Translations under genes and position numbers: made by a program | NCBI GenBank assembly: GCA_015067705.1 | Contig: SVLW01000002.1 | Span: 46,955 to 110,954, forward strand | Length of the DNA: 64,000 nt | Reading direction: 5' to 3' | Source: Oscillospiraceae bacterium | GTDB taxonomy: Bacteria > Bacillota > Clostridia > Oscillospirales > QAMX01 | Shown: positions 49,940 to 58,453 of the stretch, one piece after another | Layout of the letters: each line of letters starts with the position of its first letter | How positions within the stretch are numbered: the stretch's first letter is position 1 | The notes under the pieces: model-generated | The model's input: only the letters and a program-made list of their open reading frames with translations | Told to the model about the DNA's origin: nothing | Databases searched by the model: none

Positions 49940-51304
49940 ATGAAATTGTTTGAACAGTCTACTATCGCCGCTGCCGCCACGCCGCCGGTGCCCAGTGCCA
50001 TCGGCATTGTACGCCTCAGCGGCCCGGACGCCCTGCCGCTTTTACAGCGGGTGTTCCATCCCGCCGCGCGCCGGGGCTTCCGCCCCCGCCGCGTTACCTT
50101 CGGCGGCATTTATGATACGGACGGCACCCGGATCGACGAGGGCCTTGCGGTCTATATGCCCGGCCCCGGCTCCTATACCGGCGAGGACACCGCAGAGATC
50201 TATTGCCACGGTTCCCCCGGCATCGTGGCGCTCCTGTTGGACACCCTTTATGCCGCCGGCGCCCGCCCCGCCGCCCCCGGCGAATACACCCGCCGTGCCT
50301 TCCTGAATGGCCGCATGGATCTTTCCCAGTCCGAGGCGGTCATCGATCTCATCGAAAGCGAGACCCGGGCCTCCGCCGCCAATGCCGCGGCGCAGCTCAC
50401 CGGCGTTTTGGGAAAAAAGCTCACTGCCGCCCGGGATGGCCTCATCGCCGTGGCGTCCCAGCTTTCCGCCATGATTGACTTCCCGGAAGAGGAAGTGCCG
50501 GAACTCCAGTATGAGGAACTGGTATCCACCCTCCGCCGCATCAGTGGGGAACTGTCTGCCCTGCGGGAGAGCTATGCCCGGGGCGCATACCTGAAAAACG
50601 GCGTCCCCTGCGCCATCACCGGCCGCCCCAACGTGGGGAAGTCGTCCCTGCTCAATGCCTTCGCGGGCTTTGACCGCGCCATCGTCACCGATATCCCCGG
50701 CACCACCCGGGATGTGCTGGAGCAGACCGTAGTGGCAGACGGCGTGAAATTCTCCTTCTTTGACACTGCCGGTATCCGCGAGACCGCGGACACCGTGGAA
50801 CGTATTGGCGTGGAACGCGCCGTCGATGCCATGCGCCGCGCCGCACTGGTGCTTGCCGTGTTCGACAGCTCTATGGAGCTGACGGACGAGGACGCATTCG
50901 TGCTGGAACGCGCCGCAGACTATCCGGCCGTCTGCGTACTGAATAAGGCCGATCTGCCCCGAAAAATCGACGAGAGCCGCCTGGCCGCCGTCTTTGACCG
51001 GATCTATCCGGTGAGCGCCGCCACCGGCGAAGGCGTCCCGGAACTGCTCGCCGCCATCGCGACGGATTTCGCCGCAGACCGCGCCGTGGGCGAGAGCCTT
51101 GTCACCAATCCCCGCCAGGCGGATGCCCTGTCCCGTGCTGCGGACGCGGTGGCCCGCGCCGTGGAGGCGGCGGAGCTTCTCACCGCCGACGTGGTCTGTA
51201 CGGATGTGGAGCAAGCCGCGGAGATCCTTGGTGAGATCACCGGCCAGACCGCCTCCGAAGATATCATTTCACAGATCTTCTCCCGCTTCTGCGTGGGGAA
51301 ATAA
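49940..51304 (+). CDS. mnmE: tRNA uridine-5-carboxymethylaminomethyl modification GTPase MnmE
   Basis: About 454 aa. TIAAAATPP N-terminus, G1 motif GRPNVGKSSLLN, DTAGIRE, and the C-terminal FCVGK. Confidence 0.93.
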   Translation: MKLFEQSTIAAAATPPVPSAIGIVRLSGPDALPLLQRVFHPAARRGFRPRRVTFGGIYDTDGTRIDEGLAVYMPGPGSYTGEDTAEIYCHGSPGIVALLLDTLYAAGARPAAPGEYTRRAFLNGRMDLSQSEAVIDLIESETRASAANAAAQLTGVLGKKLTAARDGLIAVASQLSAMIDFPEEEVPELQYEELVSTLRRISGELSALRESYARGAYLKNGVPCAITGRPNVGKSSLLNAFAGFDRAIVTDIPGTTRDVLEQTVVADGVKFSFFDTAGIRETADTVERIGVERAVDAMRRAALVLAVFDSSMELTDEDAFVLERAADYPAVCVLNKADLPRKIDESRLAAVFDRIYPVSAATGEGVPELLAAIATDFAADRAVGESLVTNPRQADALSRAADAVARAVEAAELLTADVVCTDVEQAAEILGEITGQTASEDIISQIFSRFCVGK

Positions 51305-51316
51305 AGAGGAACCCCT

Positions 51317-53206
51317 ATGGATCATTTGATTGGAAGCTATGATGTGGCCGTCATCGGCGCCGGACACGCCGGCATCGAGGCGGCGCTTGCCACGGCGCGC
51401 CTGGGTTTGCGTACGGTGTGCTTCACCATCAATCTGGACGCCGTGGGCAATATGCCCTGCAATCCCGCCATCGGCGGCACCGCAAAGGGCCATCTGGTGC
51501 GGGAGATCGATGCGCTGGGCGGCGAAATGGGTCGTGCGGCGGACGAATGCTGCATCCAGTATCGGATGCTGAACCGCGGCAAGGGCCCCGCTGTCCATTC
51601 CCTCCGCGCCCAGGCGGATCGCGCCCTCTACCGCCACCGCATGAAGCATACCCTGGAGTCCCAGCCGAATCTGGATCTCAAACAGGCGGAGATCACCGAC
51701 ATTCTCCTGGAGGACGGCCATGTGGCCGCCGTTCGCACCCATCTGGACGGCATCTATCGCTGCCGCGCCGCCATCATCTGCACCGGTACTTTTCTGAAGG
51801 CCCGCATCATCATCGGCGACGCCGCCTATGACGGCGGCCCGGACGGGATGTTCGGCGCCAATCGCCTGACCCAGTGCCTACTGGACATGGGGCTTTCCCT
51901 CATGCGCTTCAAGACCGGCACGCCCATGCGCGTGAATGCCCGGTCGGTACAGTATGACGCCATGCGGATCCAGCCCGGCGATGACGAGATCGTGCCCTTC
52001 TCCTTCGAGACGAAGACTCTGCCGGAAAATCGCGCCGTCTGCTGGCTCACCCACACGACTACCGAGACCCATGACATCATCCGCCGCAATCTCCACCGGT
52101 CGCCGCTTTATTCCGGCGTGATCGAGGGCGTCGGCCCCCGATACTGCCCCTCCATTGAGGATAAGATCGTCCGCTTTGCGGATCATGACCAGCATTCCCT
52201 TTTTGTGGAGCCCTGTGGCCTGCATACGGAGGAGCTCTATATCCAGGGCCTGTCCTCCTCCATGCCGGAGGATGTACAGCTTGAGATGATCCACAGCATT
52301 CCGGGTCTTGAACAGGCCGAGGTGATGCGCCCGGCCTATGCCATCGAGTATGACTGCGTGGATCCCACGGAGCTTTATCCCACCCTCGAAACGAAAAAAA
52401 TCCCCGGCCTTTACGGCGCGGGGCAGTTCAACGGCAGCTCCGGCTATGAAGAGGCCGCCGCCCAGGGCCTCATGGCGGGCATCAACGCCGCCTGTAAGCT
52501 TCTGGGGCGGGAACCCATCGTGCTGGATCGCAGCGAGGCCTATATCGGCGCGCTTATCGACGATCTGGTGACCAAGGGTACGCCGGAGCCCTATCGCATG
52601 ATGACCTCGAGAAGCGAGTATCGCCTCCTGCTGCGGCAGGATAACGCCGATCTGCGTCTCTCTCACATCGGTCTGCGGGCCGGTCTGGTGAGCGAGGAGC
52701 GCCATGGGCGCGTGCTGGAGAAATACGCCCGGGTGGAGCAGGAGATCGCCCGCCTGGGTGCGGTGATCTGCCCGCCCTCTCAGGAGGTCAACGAATTGCT
52801 GGGGAGCTATGGCTCTGCATTGCTTCGCAGCGGCGCCAGCATGGCGGATCTGATCCGCCGTCCGGAGCTTTCCTATGATAAGCTGGCCCCCATCGATCCC
52901 GCCCGTCCGGCGCTTCCCGCGGATATCCGGGAGGCCGTGGAGATCTCGATCCGCTATGAGGGCTATATTCGCCGCCAGAAGGCGCAGGTGGAGCAGTTCC
53001 GGCGCATGGAGAGCCGCCGCCTGCCGGAGGATATCGACTATGCCGCCATCTCCGCCCTGCGCATCGAGGCCAGACAGAAGCTCGCCGCCGTGCGGCCGCA
53101 GAATCTGGGCCAGGCCTCCCGCATCTCCGGCGTCAGTCCGGCGGACATCACCGCACTCATGATTTATCTGGAAAATCGAACCCGCGGAGGACAGGAACAT
53201 GCTTGA
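51317..53206 (+). CDS. mnmG: tRNA uridine 5-carboxymethylaminomethyl modification enzyme MnmG (GidA)
   Basis: 629 aa. [19 protein letters not shown] motif, [21 protein letters not shown] and [11 protein letters not shown] motifs. Confidence 0.96.
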   Translation: MDHLIGSYDVAVIGAGHAGIEAALATARLGLRTVCFTINLDAVGNMPCNPAIGGTAKGHLVREIDALGGEMGRAADECCIQYRMLNRGKGPAVHSLRAQADRALYRHRMKHTLESQPNLDLKQAEITDILLEDGHVAAVRTHLDGIYRCRAAIICTGTFLKARIIIGDAAYDGGPDGMFGANRLTQCLLDMGLSLMRFKTGTPMRVNARSVQYDAMRIQPGDDEIVPFSFETKTLPENRAVCWLTHTTTETHDIIRRNLHRSPLYSGVIEGVGPRYCPSIEDKIVRFADHDQHSLFVEPCGLHTEELYIQGLSSSMPEDVQLEMIHSIPGLEQAEVMRPAYAIEYDCVDPTELYPTLETKKIPGLYGAGQFNGSSGYEEAAAQGLMAGINAACKLLGREPIVLDRSEAYIGALIDDLVTKGTPEPYRMMTSRSEYRLLLRQDNADLRLSHIGLRAGLVSEERHGRVLEKYARVEQEIARLGAVICPPSQEVNELLGSYGSALLRSGASMADLIRRPELSYDKLAPIDPARPALPADIREAVEISIRYEGYIRRQKAQVEQFRRMESRRLPEDIDYAAISALRIEARQKLAAVRPQNLGQASRISGVSPADITALMIYLENRTRGGQEHA

Positions 53207-53900
53207 AACCCTGCTTTTTGACGGCATGACCGCCATGGGACTGGATCCCGCCCGTCCCGGCGCAGCAAAACTCGTGCCGTATCTCGAAAAAATGCTGGAG
53301 CGCAACCGCTCCTTAAATCTCACCGCCGTGAAGGATCCCGAGGACGGCGTGCGTCTGCATCTGCTGGATTCTCTGGCGATCTTCACCCGGCTGGATCTTT
53401 CCGGTAAGCGCGTTCTGGACGTGGGCACCGGCGGCGGTATGCCCGGCGTGGCCATGGCACTCTATGAGCCGGAGGCCCAGGTCACTATGCTGGACGCCAC
53501 CGCCAAGAAACTGGCCTTCATCCGGGAGGCCTGTGCGGAGCTGACCCTCTATCCCGGCTTCGTCAATGCCCGGGCGGAGGAGTATGCCGCGGAGGCCCGC
53601 GAAAGCTATGACGTGGTCACGGCCCGGGCCGTGGCGGCGCTTCCCGTGCTCTGTGAGCTGTGTCTGCCGCTCACCAGGGTCGGCGGCTGCTTCGTGGCCT
53701 ATAAGAGCGCGGCCTCCGATGAGGAACTCTCCGCCGCCGAGGCCGCCATCCGCAAACTGGGCGGCGCCCCCGCGGAAGTCCATCACGTGGAAATCCCCGG
53801 CCTCGACGCCGCCCGCACTCTCATCGTGATTCGAAAAGATCGTCCTACACCCGCGCAGTATCCCAGAGCATACGCGCAGATCAAGAAGAAACCGCTGTAA
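53199..53900 (+). CDS. rsmG: 16S rRNA (guanine527-N7)-methyltransferase RsmG
   Basis: 233 aa. [19 protein letters not shown] and the SAM motif [12 protein letters not shown]. Overlaps the mnmG 3' end. Confidence 0.92.
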   Translation: MLETLLFDGMTAMGLDPARPGAAKLVPYLEKMLERNRSLNLTAVKDPEDGVRLHLLDSLAIFTRLDLSGKRVLDVGTGGGMPGVAMALYEPEAQVTMLDATAKKLAFIREACAELTLYPGFVNARAEEYAAEARESYDVVTARAVAALPVLCELCLPLTRVGGCFVAYKSAASDEELSAAEAAIRKLGGAPAEVHHVEIPGLDAARTLIVIRKDRPTPAQYPRAYAQIKKKPL

Positions 53901-53941
53901 AAGAAGAAGCCCCGTCCGGGAAAGAGCGGGGCGAAAGTATC

Positions 53942-53974
53942 AAAAAGGACTGTCCGTGAGGACAGTCCTTTTTT
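53942..53974. terminator. Bidirectional terminator
   Basis: AGGACTGTCC / GGACAGTCCT stem flanked by AAAA and TTTTTT. Confidence 0.85.
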
Positions 53975-53988
53975 GTTGGGGTTAGGAA

Positions 53989-56748
53989 TTAATAACCAAT
54001 ACCAGTACCACGGGTAATGATCCAAGTCCAAACGCCTGCGGTGACACCGGCGACGGTCTTGGCGGTGACCGTAACCGTCTTGGTCACGTTCAGCTGCTGG
54101 TCACCGAAGATCTGAACGGTCTGATCGCCGGTTGCCAGGGTGCTGCCGGTCAGGCCATCAATAGAATAGCTGTAAACATAACCGGTTGCGGACGGAACAC
54201 TGATCGTGATATGGGTGGAAGAAATGTTGCTGGGCTGGCTGGCAATCAGGTTGCTGTAGTTGGAGGACACGGTGGGCGTCGGAGCGGCGGAGGTGTAACC
54301 GCCGGAAGCAGCCTCATAAACAACGGTCACGCTGGTCTCGGCCACAACAGCCTGGCTGTAGTTATTCACGTATCTGATAGTGAAGGTCTTGGAAGCAGCA
54401 GTGGAGACATTGTAGTTGCCGGTGAAGTTATAGGCATAACCCACGTTCACGCCATCCACAAAGTAGTATGCGGTGGTGTTGGCGGTGGAACCTGCGGAGC
54501 CGACGCTGATATAGTAGTTACCGGAAACCTTTACGGTCTTACCGGTACCTGCACAAGCCACATCGTCCACATAGATGATCGGCAGAGTGCCCAGGTAATA
54601 GGTGCCGCTGGCGGTGGCGCCAAGGGCATTGCCGTAGCTGTCAACAGCGTAAGCGGTGACGGAGATCACATTGGCGCTGGAGTAGCTGGAGAAGTAAATG
54701 CGGGTAGCGGTGGTAATCGTCTGCACAGGATATTCAGTGCCGTCCACAGTGATCTGATAGGCCACGCGGCTTGCACCGGCGGGAATGCTGATATACAGGG
54801 AGTCAGAAGCGGAGACGGAAGAACCGGAAGCAGTGCAGCTGAGGGTCGGGGCGGAGAGACCGGCGGCAGTGGAAGAACCAAAGGCGACGGTGGCGGCCTT
54901 GACGTCAGCGGCAGTACCGGTGCCGTTCACCAGGTTGCCGGAAATTGCCACGGTGTAGTTCACACCATAGGTCAGAGCACCCTTGGCGAAGTACAGGGTC
55001 AGGGTGGTGGAAGTGGCGTCTGCCACGACGGTGTAGTTCGTCAGGCGGTTCACACCGGTATCCACGGACACCAGACCGGCCAGGGTGGTGGAATTCAGTG
55101 CTGCCAGAGCCTGGGGCACTGTGGAAGAGGATGCCTGATAATACATGGCCTGATTGAAGGTGACAGTCAGGATGTTATAGGTGCTGGTGGAAGAAGAAGA
55201 CAGGGTCCAGGTGGGTGCGGTGGAGTCGGACTTTGCGGGTGCATCAGTGGTCATGGCAGTAGCCACGGCAGTGATGGTGGACTTGTTATAGTAGGGGATG
55301 AGCTTGTCTGCAGAAATGGTGGAACCATACGGCACGAAGATCATACCCACATTATAGTCTGCATAGGAGCCGTTGACTGCCAGAGAGAAGGTGGCGGTGA
55401 CATTGGCGGTGACAGACTGGGAGGTTCTGGCATACAGGGAGGAAGTGGAACCGATGGTGTTTGCGATGGAGTTGGCGTTCAGAGTGGCCTCGGTCTTCTT
55501 CCATGCGACCACGTACAGCGTACCGGTAGCGTTGGTCTTTACGGAGAAGTTGATGCTGCTCTGGGTGCCGTAAGAAGAAGTGGCGGAACCGCTGACGGTA
55601 GCGCTCACAATGCTGCTGGACATATGCTTGCCGGTGCCTTCGGTGTAGACGATCCCGTCAAACGTAGCGGTATAACCGGGGTAGATATAATACTCGTCGG
55701 TGATCTTCACGCCGGCGGTGGTGATGCCGTGGTCGCGGACAGCGATGTTCACGATCTCGCCTTCACCGGTGACGGAGGAATTGCGGGAACCGGTATTGAA
55801 GAGCATCTTCTTGACCAGTGCGTCCTCGTCCAGTTCGATCTCGGCGGTGGCGTTCACGTTCATGGTGTTCACTTCCGTGTCGCCGTCCAGCTCCAGCTCG
55901 GCGCCTGCGCCCTTCACGGTCAGGTAATTGACGATGGAATCCTCAATAATGATCTCGGTATCGCCGCGGACAAAGAGTTCGCCGGTAATGAAGCAGTTCT
56001 TCAGGTAAACGGCGCTGACGTCCTCGGTGATGTAGACGTTGCCGGCAAAGGTAATGCCAGAGATGTTGGCGGCATTATTGATGGTAGCGTTGGTCTTGGG
56101 GGCATTGGTATCTGCAGAGATGGCGGACTTGGTGTAGATCGCGCCGGCAGCGTTATAGAGGATCTGCAGAGCCTGCTCGCGGGTCAGAACATCCTGGGGA
56201 TTGAAGTTGCCCTTCTCGTCGCCCTTGATGACACCTGCGCCAACGGCAGTCCGTGCGTAAGTACGATACTTGGAAGAGATCTTTGCGTAGTCCGGCACAC
56301 GGGAGGTGGAGGCCATGTTGGTCTCTTCGTCCAGATCCAGATAACGCATCAGGAGAGCCACGGCCTCTTCACGGGTCAGCTTGCTCTCAAAATCGAAATC
56401 CTTGGCATAATCCAACAAGAAACCCTGGGCAGCGGCCTTCTCAAGATACAGGCCTTCCTTGGCCCATGCAGGCACATCGGTATAGGAAACGCGGGTGGTC
56501 TCCTTCAGACCGAAGGCAGCAACCATCATCTTGATGAACTCGATGTGGGTGACCTTGTTGGTGGGGCGGAATCTGCCGGTACCGTCGCCGGCCAGAACAT
56601 TCTTGTCGGTCAGATAATAAATGGCGTCATAAGACCAGTCGGCCTTCTTGACGTCCGTGTAGGTGACAGCGCCTGCGGCGGGCACGATGCCGGCAAACAG
56701 GGTGAGCACCAGGCAGATCGACAGAATCAACGATAATGAACGCTTCAT
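53989..56748 (-). CDS. SLH-domain cell-surface protein (candidate S-layer/cell-wall-anchored protein)
   Basis: About 919 aa. Signal peptide MKRSLSLILSICLVLTLFAGIVPAAGA, three N-terminal SLH repeats (YTDV...), then a long Thr/Ser/Val-rich region of beta-helix-like and Ig-like repeats. Confidence 0.85.
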   Translation of the reverse strand: MKRSLSLILSICLVLTLFAGIVPAAGAVTYTDVKKADWSYDAIYYLTDKNVLAGDGTGRFRPTNKVTHIEFIKMMVAAFGLKETTRVSYTDVPAWAKEGLYLEKAAAQGFLLDYAKDFDFESKLTREEAVALLMRYLDLDEETNMASTSRVPDYAKISSKYRTYARTAVGAGVIKGDEKGNFNPQDVLTREQALQILYNAAGAIYTKSAISADTNAPKTNATINNAANISGITFAGNVYITEDVSAVYLKNCFITGELFVRGDTEIIIEDSIVNYLTVKGAGAELELDGDTEVNTMNVNATAEIELDEDALVKKMLFNTGSRNSSVTGEGEIVNIAVRDHGITTAGVKITDEYYIYPGYTATFDGIVYTEGTGKHMSSSIVSATVSGSATSSYGTQSSINFSVKTNATGTLYVVAWKKTEATLNANSIANTIGSTSSLYARTSQSVTANVTATFSLAVNGSYADYNVGMIFVPYGSTISADKLIPYYNKSTITAVATAMTTDAPAKSDSTAPTWTLSSSSTSTYNILTVTFNQAMYYQASSSTVPQALAALNSTTLAGLVSVDTGVNRLTNYTVVADATSTTLTLYFAKGALTYGVNYTVAISGNLVNGTGTAADVKAATVAFGSSTAAGLSAPTLSCTASGSSVSASDSLYISIPAGASRVAYQITVDGTEYPVQTITTATRIYFSSYSSANVISVTAYAVDSYGNALGATASGTYYLGTLPIIYVDDVACAGTGKTVKVSGNYYISVGSAGSTANTTAYYFVDGVNVGYAYNFTGNYNVSTAASKTFTIRYVNNYSQAVVAETSVTVVYEAASGGYTSAAPTPTVSSNYSNLIASQPSNISSTHITISVPSATGYVYSYSIDGLTGSTLATGDQTVQIFGDQQLNVTKTVTVTAKTVAGVTAGVWTWIITRGTGIGY

Positions 56749-56844
56749 AATCAACCTCCTTGAGCTTTGTCATTTTCGTTTGTGCATCTATTAGACGCAC
56801 GACCCCTGGAAAAGGTTTCATCTTTTTTCCCCGGGTCAGTATTC

Positions 56845-56872
56845 ATTGTATCATAGATGTTATGTAAATCAA
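56845..56872 (-). promoter_or_regulatory. Putative promoter of the SLH gene with an A/T-rich UP-like region
   Basis: On the minus strand: TTGATT (56872-56867), 16-nt spacer, extended -10 TGATACAAT (-10 hexamer at 56850-56845). This predicts a 5' UTR of about 90 nt. Confidence 0.5.
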
Positions 56873-56951
56873 AGCGGTTTTTTGAAAAATTAAAAAAATA
56901 TTTATGCTTGCCCCGTGCTGCCCCGCATACACTGTTTCGGGAGGTGGTTTT

Positions 56952-57572
56952 ATGCAGTATCCCGTATATACGCAGGACGAGAACGTGGGTGCATTTTCCT
57001 GTGATATCCAGGGGAAAACCCTGACTTTTTCTGGGAAATACGCCTTTTTTTCCGGAATCCATCGTTTTTATGCAATTGCCGCGGATGGGGAGATCCTGCC
57101 TCTTGGCGTACTGATGCCGGAGGGAGAGGGACTGGCGCTGCGCCGCACGCTGCGCCGCCGGGATGCCGCGGCGCTTGCCGGGCGGCTCCTCTATGGTGTG
57201 ATCTGCCCAGGTGATGAGGCGCCGCGGCCCATAGAACCGGCGGCAGAAAAAAAGCCGCCGGAACTTCCGACGGCAGAGACGGACGCTTTTGCGCCCCCGG
57301 TGATTCGATTAGATCGCTGGCTGGAGACCGATCATCCGGAAACACTCACGGAGGATCCCGTCCTGCAGGAGACGCTTTACGGCGCGCCCGGCGCGCTCTA
57401 CCGCTATCGCGGCGGAAGGATCGAGCTGGCGCTGCCGGAGGAGGCCCATGGGCATCTCGCCCCCGCCATGACGATGGTGCGCGCCGAGGAAATCCGCGGC
57501 GCGCACTGCTTCGTTCTTACATTTGGGCCGGATGGTCTGCCGCGGCCGGCAGATGCTCCCAGCACAGATTGA
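56952..57572 (+). CDS. Hypothetical protein (no recognisable motif)
   Basis: SD GGGAGGTGG plus ATG 56952, 206 aa. The 3' end overlaps convergent mrnC by 56 nt. Confidence 0.45.
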   Translation: MQYPVYTQDENVGAFSCDIQGKTLTFSGKYAFFSGIHRFYAIAADGEILPLGVLMPEGEGLALRRTLRRRDAAALAGRLLYGVICPGDEAPRPIEPAAEKKPPELPTAETDAFAPPVIRLDRWLETDHPETLTEDPVLQETLYGAPGALYRYRGGRIELALPEEAHGHLAPAMTMVRAEEIRGAHCFVLTFGPDGLPRPADAPSTD

Positions 57573-57951
57573 AAAGCTCTGCCACCCGGTCGCCCCGGCC
57601 ATCCAAGTAAAGACTGCCAAAAAGGGCCTCCAAAGCGGTGGCCAGGGCGTAATCACCGGGGGTGGCCCCGTGGGGCACCCGGTGCGCCTTGGTATTGCGG
57701 GCGCGGCGGAACACGTCCTGCTCCTGCGGGGTCAGGGCATCCTGGATCCCGCGGGCCGCCGCTGCCTGAGAGGAAGCCCGCACCAGCTCTACGGTACGCT
57801 TGTGCAGACGTTCTGCCGTCAGTTCCTGCTGGCAGAGACGGGTGCGCACCAAAAGCTCGAACACGGCGTCGCCCACATGGGCCAGGCCCAGACTGGACAG
57901 CTCGCCGCGGTGCACGGCATCATAAAGGATCGTCAGCTGACGTTCACTCAT
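57517..57951 (-). CDS. mrnC: Mini-ribonuclease 3
   Basis: 144 aa. The LAHVGDAVFELLVR signature of Mini-III. Confidence 0.85.
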   Translation of the reverse strand: MSERQLTILYDAVHRGELSSLGLAHVGDAVFELLVRTRLCQQELTAERLHKRTVELVRASSQAAAARGIQDALTPQEQDVFRRARNTKAHRVPHGATPGDYALATALEALFGSLYLDGRGDRVAELFNLCWEHLPAAADHPAQM

Positions 57952-58424
57952 TATTCTTCGATGTACACGCGGGTCATGATCTGCTTCTTGAGAGGCACAT
58001 CACGGAAGTTCTTGCGGGTGGTGGCGATTTCGTCCACGGCGTCCATGCCCTCGACGACCTGGCCGAATGCGGCATACTGGCCGTCCAGATGCGGAGCATC
58101 CTCATGAACGATGAAGAACTGGCTTCCTGCGCTGTTGGGATCGGCGGCACGGGCCATGGAGACCACGCCGCGGGTGTGCTTCAGGGGGTTGTCCACGCCG
58201 TTTGCGGCGAACTCGCCCTTGATGGTATAGCCGGGGCCGCCGGTACCGGTGCCCTGGGGGCAGCCGCCCTGGATCATGAAGCCTGCGATGACACGATGGA
58301 AGATCAGACCGTCATAAAAGCCCTCTTTTACCAGCTTCTCGAAGTTCTCGCAGGAGATGGGGGCTGCTTCGCGGTTCAGCTCGATCTTGATCTTTTTGCC
58401 GTTTTCCATTTCGATGATGACCAT
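57951..58424 (-). CDS. ppiB: Peptidyl-prolyl cis-trans isomerase, cyclophilin type
   Basis: 157 aa from MVIIEMENGKKIKIEL. FHRVIAGFMIQGGCP and SAGSQFFI motifs. The upstream part of ORF 57951-58679 is non-coding. Confidence 0.93.
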   Translation of the reverse strand: MVIIEMENGKKIKIELNREAAPISCENFEKLVKEGFYDGLIFHRVIAGFMIQGGCPQGTGTGGPGYTIKGEFAANGVDNPLKHTRGVVSMARAADPNSAGSQFFIVHEDAPHLDGQYAAFGQVVEGMDAVDEIATTRKNFRDVPLKKQIMTRVYIEE

Positions 58425-58453
58425 AATTGATACACTCTCTTTCTTCAAATAAT

